From the IMG/VR virus record IMGVR_UViG_3300045731_000049: DNA of 64,000 bases; one strand, given 5' to 3'. Origin of the DNA: an uncultured virus (IMG/VR IMGVR_UViG_3300045731_000049) (Duplodnaviria; Heunggongvirae; Uroviricota; Caudoviricetes). Position numbers and translations under genes: made by a program. Numbering within the stretch: the first letter of the stretch is position 1; each line of letters opens with the position of its first letter. The notes under the pieces are model-generated. The model ran no database searches and was not told the DNA's origin. It worked only from the letters and a program-made list of their open reading frames with translations. This document shows, piece after piece, positions 19,942 through 29,896 of this stretch.

Positions 19942-20276
19942 GATCAATGAATGGCACGGTTATGCATTGGCTCTCATTTGCATGGGGTGAATTCGGCATA
20001 AAGTTTAATGTTCACAGGTCACGTCTTGCTGTCCATAATCGGTATGAGTGGAAGGGTGCCTGATACGGTTTCCAGGAACAAGGTGGAGCTTCCGTATCAG
20101 GCGTATCCAGTCGTTTCCACTTTCATACGCAATACAGATCGAAAGGGGAAACGCACTCTTAATATACCGAAAATTGCCAACGTATGGTTAACGGCTAAAA
20201 CGTGAGATTACAATAAACCATGAATTGCTGACGGCTGATAATAGAAAAGGCAACCTAATAAAGCTGCCTTTCAGTT

Positions 20277-20626
20277 CTAAATAGTAACGTTTACGACTTG
20301 GACCACATGAAGCTTTTCGAGACTACCACCACTTCCGAATCCGCCCCAATTCGTTTGAGAAACGGCCCATTTGATAGCGTCATCGAGTTTTCCAGTTTTC
20401 CACTAACGTGGCCAATCGTCTGAAATTCTTCACTGCGGACGAGCCAAATACCGACTTCATCGAGTTTGTGTTGCCTCAACAAAGAGCTGTACTTGTCCGA
20501 TTTCACAAACTGGTCGTAGTGTTTCTTGATAGACTTGGCGCGCTTGGCCTCATGAGCAACCGCGTCGGCTTCGTGTTCAAACTCTTGGCCATCGATAGTT
20601 AAGTAAGTCGTTTTTACGGCAACCAT
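20277..20626 (-). pseudogene. hypothetical protein frameshifted by an 8-bp tandem duplication
   Basis: AGTTTTCC twice at 20386-20401; removing one copy gives ...SGKLDDAIKWAVSQTNWGGFGSGGSLEKL... ending at TAG 20277. Confidence 0.55.
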
Positions 20627-20776
20627 TTTAAATACCCTTCGTTGCGCATTATTTAATTAATATAAAAAAACATGTCAATTGAATATTTTAGTTGCGTCGT
20701 AATTATTATATAAATATTAGTTTAATGTCCTTTTCTATTTTTTGGTATTTGGTATCCTTATCGCAGAGAGGTAAAT

Positions 20777-21205
20777 ATGGATAATTTTAAGATTGATATT
20801 ACGGCTGAAGGGCGCTCTACTCTTCAGAGAGCATTGGAAATTGCCTTTTATCATAATGCGCCTGGCAATAAAATCGAGAGCTACCACATTGTCAAATTTG
20901 AGAGTACGTCTTATAACGGAATTCCGGAAAATCTGAACGGGCAGACAGCTTTGATTTTACGTTGGATGAAAGTTGAGAAACCAGAGAATAACGGACCTGT
21001 AAATCTTCCTTTCAAATTGGACATTGAAGGAGCCTCAGACTTCGCATGGCGATGGCTAGCTGAACAGGACTACGGCAAAAAACCAGATCATGACGGAGAT
21101 AATAATAAAGGCTGGCGCATATGGACAGGCGGATGGGGCCACGTTGGTAATGATCATTACGCTGTCTGTGCAATCTTGCCTGAGTGGGCTATGTACGGGA
21201 AGTAG
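20777..21205 (+). CDS. hypothetical phage-like protein (PDHDGD..KGW motif)
   Basis: 142 aa, GAGG RBS, terminator downstream. Confidence 0.8.
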   Translation: MDNFKIDITAEGRSTLQRALEIAFYHNAPGNKIESYHIVKFESTSYNGIPENLNGQTALILRWMKVEKPENNGPVNLPFKLDIEGASDFAWRWLAEQDYGKKPDHDGDNNKGWRIWTGGWGHVGNDHYAVCAILPEWAMYGK

Positions 21206-21221
21206 CTGTTGCTGCACAAAG

Positions 21222-21251
21222 CAAAAGCCCGCTCTTATAAACGGGCTTTTG
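21222..21251. terminator. bidirectional terminator
   Basis: CAAAAGCCCG...CGGGCTTTTG. Confidence 0.7.
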
Positions 21252-21276
21252 TAATATGAGATATCACAATTTCATA

Positions 21277-21603
21277 TCAGATTGATGGAGAATTCTCAAG
21301 TTCGACTTGTTGTTCAAGGAAGTCCTCAAATACATCGTTTGACTCCTGGTTCTGAATATATTTCAGGAGAAGAAAAACAATCGATTTATCATTCCACCCC
21401 ATATCGGCTGCGATTTCTCCGAGATCATTGCCTTCAGTGTCCACGCTTTCATCCAAGGCGGCCTGCACCAAGTAGTCAATGAGAGCTTCATTGTCTCGCT
21501 GGTTGTCAATATAGCTTTCAAGAACTACGCGCTGGCTTGCTTCATTCCAGCCCTGCTTATCGGTGAAACGTTCAAAAATATTTGTTGCACTCATTCTTTT
21601 CAT
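21277..21603 (-). CDS. hypothetical protein with internal duplication
   Basis: GWNEAS...YIDNQ and GWNDKS...YIQNQ repeat; ends ENSPSI. Confidence 0.7.
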   Translation of the reverse strand: MKRMSATNIFERFTDKQGWNEASQRVVLESYIDNQRDNEALIDYLVQAALDESVDTEGNDLGEIAADMGWNDKSIVFLLLKYIQNQESNDVFEDFLEQQVELENSPSI

Positions 21604-21681
21604 CTTCCTGTTGTCGATTGAATATCAAACTATAGTTTGCAAGCGACAATGGGATCACCGTGAGTGACCAAGTTTCTATCT

Positions 21682-22230
21682 CTAAGGGTGTCTTGAACTT
21701 GCGTTGAACATAGAAATCCATTCATCGAGCCCTGTTTTCAGAATTTTATAAGCGCGATCATAACGGTTAGAAATAGAGCGCTGTTCTTCAGGCAATTGCG
21801 CAATACGGGCTGGATCGTTGTTATCCTTATTGTCTCCAAGTTTGACAATAAGGGGTACGATATCGCGCTGGTCAACCAGATGCCTGATCCAATCCATGTA
21901 CGACATCTCTTTAAACTTTCCAATCCTGGATAGCAGTCCAAGCCGTTCAATGAAGAGTTCGTTGGCTCCGATAGCCCTGAGATCGTCTTTTGTTACTGTG
22001 GTGTCTTCAAGGATATCGTGGCAAAGGGCCAGCAACAAAGCGTGTTCCCGATCCTCTTTTGAAAGCATGTCACCCGGAAAATCCTCGTGGATCATGATGC
22101 ATACATTATGCAACACACGAGACAGATGATCAGTGTAGGGGTATCCAGCTTTGTCAGTCTGCCCCATGTGAGCCTCGTTGACCAGATTGCTGACGGTGAT
22201 GAAATCAAATACTTTTTCAATTTTGTTCAT
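21682..22230 (-). CDS. RelA/SpoT-type HD hydrolase (Mesh1/small alarmone hydrolase-like)
   Basis: AHMGQTDKAGYPYTDH, LCHDILEDT, VKLGDNKDN. Confidence 0.85.
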   Translation of the reverse strand: MNKIEKVFDFITVSNLVNEAHMGQTDKAGYPYTDHLSRVLHNVCIMIHEDFPGDMLSKEDREHALLLALCHDILEDTTVTKDDLRAIGANELFIERLGLLSRIGKFKEMSYMDWIRHLVDQRDIVPLIVKLGDNKDNNDPARIAQLPEEQRSISNRYDRAYKILKTGLDEWISMFNASSRHP

Positions 22231-22278
22231 AATTTTATTGTATACGGCTTCAGTTGATCTGCAGTCAATAGGATTTAA

Positions 22279-22491
22279 TTAAAACCATCGAGTTGTAACG
22301 CTGGAATTTTCCAATTTCTTTTTTAATTCGCTATGTTCTTTGGCAATTTCCGATGCCGCATTCAAAATTCGATCCATTTCTGGCCTGTGCTTTTCAATTG
22401 TTTTTCCGACAACGTCACGAATAAGCGAGTTCTCTGCAGAATCGGAAGCTGTTTTTGTAAAGGTGAATGATTTCCAGGATTTTTCACACAT
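22279..22491 (-). CDS. hypothetical protein
   Basis: 70-aa ORF. Confidence 0.45.
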   Translation of the reverse strand: MCEKSWKSFTFTKTASDSAENSLIRDVVGKTIEKHRPEMDRILNAASEIAKEHSELKKKLENSSVTTRWF

Positions 22492-22594
22492 TTATCTGTC
22501 TTAAATTAATCAATACGACAATTATAATTATTCAGAATTAATTGACAAACAAATATATATTCTTTAAATAACGCCAAGATCGAAGGAACACATT

Positions 22595-23005
22595 ATGAAA
22601 ATCGATAATGACAAGATTGCGGATCATCTCGAATTTTTGGCATCTCAAATCCGGAGTGGTAAGCTTAAACCAGTTTCAGCCTACCAGAATACTCAAGTCG
22701 AATTTCAAAGCCGACCAGATGAAAAAAAAGATGGCTACCGTATGGAAGGCGCTCAGACCTTCCCTACGAAGAGAGAGGCAGCCGAGTTCATGCACCGTGG
22801 TCTCGGCATTTTCCAGAAGTTCGACTGCGCAACTGGAGCGCTGACGTTCAGGTTCGATCAAACCAGTGACATCCAAAAGGAAATCGTGTTTCTCGGTCCA
22901 GTCCAAGCTAAAGACTGGATTCTTCAAAAACATCCTGACTTCACAATTCCTGATTTCATGAAAGAAGTCGGATTTGAAACTGTCGAGCAGGCGACCAATA
23001 ATTAG
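22595..23005 (+). CDS. hypothetical protein
   Basis: 136 aa, AAGGA RBS, TTGACA upstream. Confidence 0.7.
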   Translation: MKIDNDKIADHLEFLASQIRSGKLKPVSAYQNTQVEFQSRPDEKKDGYRMEGAQTFPTKREAAEFMHRGLGIFQKFDCATGALTFRFDQTSDIQKEIVFLGPVQAKDWILQKHPDFTIPDFMKEVGFETVEQATNN

Positions 23006-23188
23006 TTTTTACCTCAGCTTCCATGGGAGGTGTCTGATGTACAATCCGATTAGAAGTCGAATTAAGGAAATGTCTTTTTCTCTAATGATAATGGCATTTC
23101 TTACTACTCTCACGGTTTCTGCGATAATCATCGCGATAAAAGACCGCGCCAAAAGTGTCAAAAACGATGCAATTCTAACTGAGATTAT

Positions 23189-23398
23189 GTGATGAATACC
23201 TCCACGGAACCAAAACTGACCATGCGCGATGGCACATATGTACGAAAGAGCGATGGCCTTTATGTTAAAGCGGGTGACTGGTCGGATGGGACTGTCACTT
23301 ACATGCCTGATCCTTTGCCTCTCATTGCGATGGGGAAGGTAGTCAAAACTTGCTCTTTAAAGAAATTCGAGCGCGACTACAGCCTCTTGTCGACTTAA
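23189..23398 (+). CDS. hypothetical protein
   Basis: 69-aa ORF in a run of co-oriented genes. Confidence 0.55.
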   Translation: MMNTSTEPKLTMRDGTYVRKSDGLYVKAGDWSDGTVTYMPDPLPLIAMGKVVKTCSLKKFERDYSLLST

Positions 23399-23473
23399 AC
23401 CACTTTTTGATGTTTCGCATTTCGATTATTTGCATATGATGGGCTGCAGCACCTGAGACTGCGAGGGGTTTTT

Positions 23474-24235
23474 ATGGCGACCATTCTTGAACACATCAAT
23501 GCTGAAGCCCAAAAGCAGATCAATCTTGCCTACAATCCTGTTGTGGCGATGGACTGCATTGCAGCCGATACCCGCGCACAACTCTGTCGACAGATCGCTG
23601 GTTCTCTGGCAGGTCTTGAAGACGATGCAGCACTTGCGTTGATCAAGCAGTTGCGTGATCAGTTTAACGGTCGCATTAAAGGCGATATCAGCTCAACGAT
23701 CAATTTCGTCTTCGACCTCTCCGATGCGAAATGGTTTGATGGCATTGTTGATACTGTGTCCGTGGAAAACAGAGGATGGATTGAAGTTGGAAACCATGGT
23801 TTCGATGGACGTCTTAACAAGAATCTCTATCTTCCTCGGTATCGTCGCATGCTTGATATCAACCACTGCGTTTCTTCGATTGGCCGATTGCGTGAAGAAA
23901 CAGACTCAGATTGGCTAAATCGTCGTAAGACATGGCTAGAACGTTATCATCCAGATGTTCGAGTGGTTCACGCAGAAGAACGATGGACACGACAAGGTCT
24001 GATCAAGGTCGACCTGGGAAATATCCAAACCTTCATTGAGAAGGAACATCTTGTCGAATCTGGATTGTTCGCAGGCTCTCATCGTTTATGCGATATGGAC
24101 TGTGTATTTGACGTCGTGGAACTATATGATGGATATCAAAAGGGTGCCTTGGGCAAGGTTCGTCATGTTTCCGGCCAGCCATTGGAACCTGGTGTCCACA
24201 CCATCTGCGGCTATCCTTTTGAACTGGTTGCCTAA
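23474..24235 (+). CDS. hypothetical protein
   Basis: 253 aa, GAGGGG RBS. Confidence 0.75.
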   Translation: MATILEHINAEAQKQINLAYNPVVAMDCIAADTRAQLCRQIAGSLAGLEDDAALALIKQLRDQFNGRIKGDISSTINFVFDLSDAKWFDGIVDTVSVENRGWIEVGNHGFDGRLNKNLYLPRYRRMLDINHCVSSIGRLREETDSDWLNRRKTWLERYHPDVRVVHAEERWTRQGLIKVDLGNIQTFIEKEHLVESGLFAGSHRLCDMDCVFDVVELYDGYQKGALGKVRHVSGQPLEPGVHTICGYPFELVA

Positions 24236-24316
24236 CCGAAAAAGATGAGACAAAACCGGAGTTATCCAGACAACTGGAAGCTACCGTGAAATTAGAGCGT
24301 TCGGAAGGATTAAATC

Positions 24317-24580
24317 GTGCCAACGGATCATCCCTGTAAAGGCCGTTCTCAATCGCAGATCAATGCTTTTGAGGCTATTGCCATCAATGAGCAGCCGAAC
24401 AGCTCTAAAAAGACGCTTGATGCGCTTCTGAAGGACAATCTTATCGTTGTCATAGGCAATCAGGAACTCGGCCGCGACGGATTTGGAGCAATTACAGTTC
24501 CTGTCTATGAAGTGCCTATCCACCACCATATGCAATGGTGCCAATGGGCATCCGAACAGTTTAACGATGAAGAGGTTTAA
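24317..24580 (+). CDS. hypothetical protein
   Basis: 87 aa, GTG start with AAGGA RBS. Confidence 0.6.
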   Translation: MPTDHPCKGRSQSQINAFEAIAINEQPNSSKKTLDALLKDNLIVVIGNQELGRDGFGAITVPVYEVPIHHHMQWCQWASEQFNDEEV

Positions 24581-24583
24581 TCC

Positions 24584-24832
24584 GTGAATTTTTCTGTTGT
24601 TCATTCACTGAGATGCGGAGGCATGGGCATCACAAATTACGGCGTAATCTCTGTAGCGGCAGCAATGGCCCGAGCAAGGCGTCTTTCCAGAAGTGAGGAC
24701 TGCCGTGCTTCTGCACGCAAATGGAACCATGTCACTTTGTTTGGAAGCGATGACGAGGGCGATAGCGCGCATTACAAGTTTCTCAACGGTAAAATGACCG
24801 AAAAGAAGGTGACATTATCAGAACAGAATTGA
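24584..24832 (+). CDS. hypothetical protein, paralog of 24954..25205
   Basis: ISVAAAMARARRLSR...VTLFGSDDEG. Confidence 0.6.
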   Translation: MNFSVVHSLRCGGMGITNYGVISVAAAMARARRLSRSEDCRASARKWNHVTLFGSDDEGDSAHYKFLNGKMTEKKVTLSEQN

Positions 24833-24953
24833 GTTCCTCGTTCTCATTAAAATGTTTAAATAAATTGACCGTTAAATTTGTTGCCGTGCAAATATATCTG
24901 GACATTAATTGTTTATTTCTATATTAAGCCTCCTTAATTAAAGGAGATTTCTT

Positions 24954-25205
24954 ATGCAGTATCGTATTGAACATACTCTTGCAAATGGGAAAGAAGAAAC
25001 GATCCCGCTCGGAGCAATTTCCACCTCTTCGGCTCGTTCTCGCGCAAGCCGCCTATCTACAAAAGTTGGGGATCTCGGCCACGGCATCCCAGGCCATTCC
25101 GTGTATCTTTATGGTTTCGATGACGAAGGCACTGATCAGGAATATTACGCATATTTTGGCGGAGGTCTTGCGGAAAAGAATCTGGTCAAAGATTGGGATA
25201 AGTAA
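24954..25205 (+). CDS. hypothetical protein, paralog of 24584..24832
   Basis: ISTSSARSRASRLST...VYLYGFDDEG; AAGGAG RBS. Confidence 0.7.
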   Translation: MQYRIEHTLANGKEETIPLGAISTSSARSRASRLSTKVGDLGHGIPGHSVYLYGFDDEGTDQEYYAYFGGGLAEKNLVKDWDK

Positions 25206-25567
25206 TCCCAGAACGTTCGATGTCTTGTCCAGCATTTGTAGACTGGTAATTCCACAACTCCAAGATACACGACAGGAACTGGCCATGAGAGACTTCGAAA
25301 CCTATAAGAAACGTCAGGATTAAGAAGAGAAGCGTAGGGCGGCTCTCCATGAAGCGCCTGAAACTGGCTGAAACTGACATCGAATCCTCTAGAATTGCAG
25401 AATTAGCTCTACTGAACAGCGACTATGCAGTTCGAAAGGCACATTCCGTTCTGAGTTTGGTGAGAAGCTGGGATTAATTTATTGACGTTAACAGGCGAAT
25501 AGCACTCGAATAGCACCTTTTCGTCTAATCACTAGGTCGCTCACAAATATAGAGGATCGAGATTATC

Positions 25568-25801
25568 GTGGCGAAAACTCTGACTTCCGAACAATGGTTT
25601 GCACGGTTTCAGGCTCTGGAAGAAGCCGCCGACCATCTTCAACTCGATTGGACTGATGTTGCATTAGAACAGGAACAAGGGCTGATAGCCTCACGCCACA
25701 TTCGCAGATTAGCAGACCAAGCCAAAAGTAATGCTTATGCCGCTCTTCGGCGAGAGCAGGCGGGTTCTCACGATGAGCATGAAGGTAAAGAAACTGATTA
25801 G
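25568..25801 (+). CDS. hypothetical protein
   Basis: 77 aa, GTG start. Confidence 0.55.
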   Translation: MAKTLTSEQWFARFQALEEAADHLQLDWTDVALEQEQGLIASRHIRRLADQAKSNAYAALRREQAGSHDEHEGKETD

Positions 25802-26019
25802 GGCAGACTAGTTTACCCAAATAATCTACTCGCGCCCCATTAAAGACCGAATTTCCGTTAAATCGTTTTCTTAACAAGGCATAATCTTGCGAAATATGTT
25901 TATTTTCTTAGGGAAATCGCCTCCTTTATACTGTTAAGCCTCTTAAATATAAAAATTATCGTTGTTTGCTAATTATAATTGTAAAATAATGTCATTTAAA
26001 GTTTCCAGGAAATTACTAA

Positions 26020-27891
26020 ATGACATTAATCATACAAGATATTAAACACCCACAATATATTGGTGCAAAAACGCGCGTTAAGGCTGAAGCCTCGATCTTC
26101 CTAACTTTTTTTATGAAAAACCACATGTCTATAAAATGGTTTCATGCCACTCGAAATAAGGTGACTGAATCAGGGCAGGACATGTTTGAAAAACATGGAG
26201 ATTGGGCCGCACGCATTGCAGGAGAGTTATCCGAACATCACTCGAATATCCTGTCTGAATCTCACTTTTCCACTAAAGACATTTCGAAGTTAAAATGGTG
26301 GCGAGACGTCAAGGAGCGTCTAGTCTCTATCGAAAAGGTTGCAGAACCAGAATACACAGACAAAATCGTCTGGATTGCTGCTGATACGTACATTGACGTG
26401 CGTTTTGCTAACAACTTCCCTCATATTGCCAAACTTAATACTCTCTACGACGCCAACAGCGTGCGATCCACATACAATTTGACAAAAGTAGCGACTGCTT
26501 GGCTTCGCCTTCGTAGAAATTCAGATCCTGAAGCAATTTCTGAATCTCAAATGATAGAAGAGATGGCAGAAGGATTGAAACGACGAACTGCATTCGCAAA
26601 TCGCCGTAAGGAAGAGGTCAAGCAGAAGTTGCGTGTGATCGCGCGAGAAGATCCAGAGAAGATGTTTAAAAATCTGAATTCAAGAAAATCTTCCGCAGCT
26701 GAAACTGGAAAGAATAGTATATGGTCAGCGCTGCATGTTTATGCCGGAAGACCTAGAAGCAGATTCCACAAGACGGTAATTAAAAGCGATCCGCAAAAAT
26801 CACTGTCTCGTGCCGCTGCGCTCAATCAGCGAAGCGATAGATCGCATGATGTTGCAAAGATACTTGATTATCATTTAAGGCTAATTCCAAAAGGTTATAA
26901 CGAGAACTCTCTTCAATTACGAGAAGTCATAATCAATACGATTAAGGATAAAGCTCTTCCAAATAGAAAGCTTGCTAAGATACTAGAAACCTTGATACCG
27001 AAGGTGTCGGAACCGTTGCATGAATACTCAAGATTTCTGCATGACATCATTAACGTATTTGAGAATATGCATGGCCTTCATCCAACTTTATATGTGGGCG
27101 AAGTTCTAAACTCGTTGGCTAGCAGGGAAGTGTCAGATGTTAGTAAATCACTTAGGATACTATCTAATGCATCTGATGAATTTCGTTCTGAAGCAATTAA
27201 GGCCAACCCCCAAAGTTTAAAGCGGGCGGCCAATGCTGTTACTGCTCTTCAGCAGGCAGAACTCATTTCAGAGATCAGGAATAAAGCTGCATCGTGGAAT
27301 GTTGCCAATTTAGACCGCTTGATCAGCAATTCTTTGAAAATGGGGACCAGTCGAACGCTCGGTCATTTGATGTCTCTCAAGAAAAGAGAGGAATTGGATC
27401 AATCTCTTCCGGAAAGGATTGTTCATCATATCAAAGACAGCGATATTACAATCGAATTCACAAACATAACGGTTCCAGATGGCTGGCTGGCCATGGCTGT
27501 TACAGGAATATGCGTGCGGTTCGGCGGTAGCCAACATCTGAAACATTTCTATCATCCGACTGGATATATCTGCGTTTATGACAAATCTGACGTCGTTCTA
27601 GGAGGATTTGTGCTCGATACGGGAGAAAAAATTCTGTTGAACAATCTCCAGGGAAGGCTTGGAAACCGTATCAACAAATCCGATATCAAAAAACAAATAT
27701 CTCTCGGAATTGAGAGCATTTTCATGCAAATGGGAAAGCCAGTTGTTCTAAGAAAGATTTATTTCAATAGCCTTTCTCTGACTGATGAACTCGATCTCAA
27801 AGGTGAAGACATGCAACTTAACCTTCCCAGAATGTACTTGGACAATCCATCTGCGGGGCACTACTTTACATTTGGAGCCCGAAATTTATAA
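26020..27891 (+). CDS. large hypothetical protein
   Basis: 623-aa ORF, no motif recognised. Confidence 0.8.
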   Translation: MTLIIQDIKHPQYIGAKTRVKAEASIFLTFFMKNHMSIKWFHATRNKVTESGQDMFEKHGDWAARIAGELSEHHSNILSESHFSTKDISKLKWWRDVKERLVSIEKVAEPEYTDKIVWIAADTYIDVRFANNFPHIAKLNTLYDANSVRSTYNLTKVATAWLRLRRNSDPEAISESQMIEEMAEGLKRRTAFANRRKEEVKQKLRVIAREDPEKMFKNLNSRKSSAAETGKNSIWSALHVYAGRPRSRFHKTVIKSDPQKSLSRAAALNQRSDRSHDVAKILDYHLRLIPKGYNENSLQLREVIINTIKDKALPNRKLAKILETLIPKVSEPLHEYSRFLHDIINVFENMHGLHPTLYVGEVLNSLASREVSDVSKSLRILSNASDEFRSEAIKANPQSLKRAANAVTALQQAELISEIRNKAASWNVANLDRLISNSLKMGTSRTLGHLMSLKKREELDQSLPERIVHHIKDSDITIEFTNITVPDGWLAMAVTGICVRFGGSQHLKHFYHPTGYICVYDKSDVVLGGFVLDTGEKILLNNLQGRLGNRINKSDIKKQISLGIESIFMQMGKPVVLRKIYFNSLSLTDELDLKGEDMQLNLPRMYLDNPSAGHYFTFGARNL

Positions 27892-28095
27892 TTCATGATT
27901 TAGTTTTCAAGTGTTTCCTTGTTTGTTCACGGCAATAAATTCTTCTTCAAATGCGGACAATAAAAAATGATGAAAAACAGTTTAAATATCTGAAACTTTA
28001 GACTTAAATCTTGCAAAAAACATAGAAAGAATAGTATTTGGCTTCCGCCTTGTGCGGAGGGTAAATTAATCACTTTAGAAATTTTGGAGATTTAA

Positions 28096-28617
28096 ATGAA
28101 CAGAACTATTAAAGTAACTATTGACGAAAGCGTTTACTCTTGGGATATGTGTCGATATTACGATCCTGAAAATACCGCCTTCATTTGGGTGGAACGAGAG
28201 ATGGCGATACTAGATTTAACTCCCGAAATGATACCGGATCGCCCCCGTGGATGGAACCCTCCTGCTGGAACTTGCCACGGCCCTAAGAAGTTATTTCTTA
28301 TGAGGCCTATTGGTATGGTAGGCCTCCCCGAATGGTGTGTGTTAAAAGGTATTTCCAAGCCGCGAATTGGAGACACACACGAGTGGTTCGAAATTATAAA
28401 GCCATCGAATAATTTAACACGTCTTGAAAGAATTGATAAACCCATAGCGCTTATAAAAGACTGCTTGGAGTGGCGTCTGATATTTGAGGATGACAATCCT
28501 CAAATTAGTCACGAAAGTCGATGTCAGACGAATTTGTTTAATTACGGCTTAATTGAAGCGGCGAATAATTTGACAATCATACCGTTGGAAGCTCTTAATT
28601 CAAGTTTTGCGACTTGA
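28096..28617 (+). CDS. hypothetical protein
   Basis: 173 aa, GGAG RBS. Confidence 0.7.
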   Translation: MNRTIKVTIDESVYSWDMCRYYDPENTAFIWVEREMAILDLTPEMIPDRPRGWNPPAGTCHGPKKLFLMRPIGMVGLPEWCVLKGISKPRIGDTHEWFEIIKPSNNLTRLERIDKPIALIKDCLEWRLIFEDDNPQISHESRCQTNLFNYGLIEAANNLTIIPLEALNSSFAT

Positions 28618-29846
28618 TTTTAAAAGTATTGTTGCTAAGACCCTTTCATCAATTGAAGGGGTTTAGATTGACCGGACGATACTCATCGAGACGATCCCAA
28701 AATAAACAAGCTGGTGGCGTGGTCGCCGAATGTTCCTCCCGGATTGCAAAAAGCGGCAGTCACGCCCACAGTTTTCAAATCAGAAGCGACCGTTTTACAA
28801 TTTTCACATCTGATGCTTTATCTCCTGTAACGACAGGAGACCGCGTCAGGTTCGATTATGAGGTCAGACGTCTCAAATCAGGATATCGTAACGAGTATTT
28901 CGCTGTTATTCCTGAAACGCTCGTCATTGAAGTTCCCGGTGATTTGGAAGGCGAAGTTGAGGGCGTTGTTTACGTTCTCAGCAATCAATCAATGCCCGGT
29001 TTGCTAAAGGTCGGATTCACAACGGGTACCGCAACTAATCGTGCCGCTGCACTTTCCGGAGTAACCAGTGTTCCGACAGGTTTTAAGGTAGAATGGTCTT
29101 TGCCTGTCATAGGCAGTCCGCGTGCAGTCGAACAGCGTGCGCATGCTCACCTTGCAAAATTTCGATCTGGCAAGGAATTTTTCCGCATCTCTCTCGATGA
29201 AGCAAAGAGTGCTTGCATCAGATCGTTCGCAGAAATCTATCCTGAACAGGCCTCTCGTATGGACGAAGCGTTCTCGAAGCGCGCTGCAGACGAACTCAAC
29301 AGACGTGATGAACTAGCTCGCATTCAGGTTCAAAAAGAGCAGGCGAAAGCTGAAGAAGACGAACGCAGAGCGTTTAATGAGAGCAGAGAAGGGCGCTGGC
29401 TGAATGAAGGATGCGCAAAAACGGTCATTCGAGATTTCTTATACGAACCAAACAGGAACTATCCGTCGTTCTTTGGAAAGCTGATCCGTCAAAAATATGA
29501 TGATTTTCTGGAAATAACTGTGAAGCCTTATCAGGAAGATGGCCAGTTGAAATGGTTATTTGGGGTACATGGACGCCTTAAAGAGAAATACGCTCAGGAT
29601 TCAAAGGCTGGCTTCACTCATGACGAGTGCATCACGGCGGCTATGGATTTTGCGAGCAATCACGGCGTCGACAACTATCGTCTCTGCGTCGAAATCTCCA
29701 ATATTTTCATCGAGCAGCCACCTGAATTGCCTGAAGACTATCTTAATCCGAAAGTGACCTTGGAGATTCCAAATCTGGATGACCTGATCATCCGACCTGC
29801 ACGCGAGATTATTACGAGATATGGCCGGAAGAAACTTGTGAGATGA
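28614..29846 (+). CDS. GIY-YIG superfamily T5orf172-domain protein with possible N-terminal OB-fold
   Basis: VYVLSNQSMPGLLKVGFT...TSVPTGF...EQRAH...GKEFF; exact start uncertain. Confidence 0.8.
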   Translation: MILKVLLLRPFHQLKGFRLTGRYSSRRSQNKQAGGVVAECSSRIAKSGSHAHSFQIRSDRFTIFTSDALSPVTTGDRVRFDYEVRRLKSGYRNEYFAVIPETLVIEVPGDLEGEVEGVVYVLSNQSMPGLLKVGFTTGTATNRAAALSGVTSVPTGFKVEWSLPVIGSPRAVEQRAHAHLAKFRSGKEFFRISLDEAKSACIRSFAEIYPEQASRMDEAFSKRAADELNRRDELARIQVQKEQAKAEEDERRAFNESREGRWLNEGCAKTVIRDFLYEPNRNYPSFFGKLIRQKYDDFLEITVKPYQEDGQLKWLFGVHGRLKEKYAQDSKAGFTHDECITAAMDFASNHGVDNYRLCVEISNIFIEQPPELPEDYLNPKVTLEIPNLDDLIIRPAREIITRYGRKKLVR

Positions 29847-29868
29847 CAAGAATTTGGTGGCAAACAAT

Positions 29869-29892
29869 AAGGGCGATCCGAAGACCGCCCTT
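29869..29892. terminator. hairpin between convergent genes
   Basis: AAGGGCG...CGCCCTT. Confidence 0.55.
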
Positions 29893-29896
29893 AACT

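Noticed and set aside
25285..25477. Possible degraded gene (MRDFETYKKRQD*EEKRR...)
   Set aside because: Needs both a stop read-through and a frameshift to make ~60 aa; not supportable without homologs
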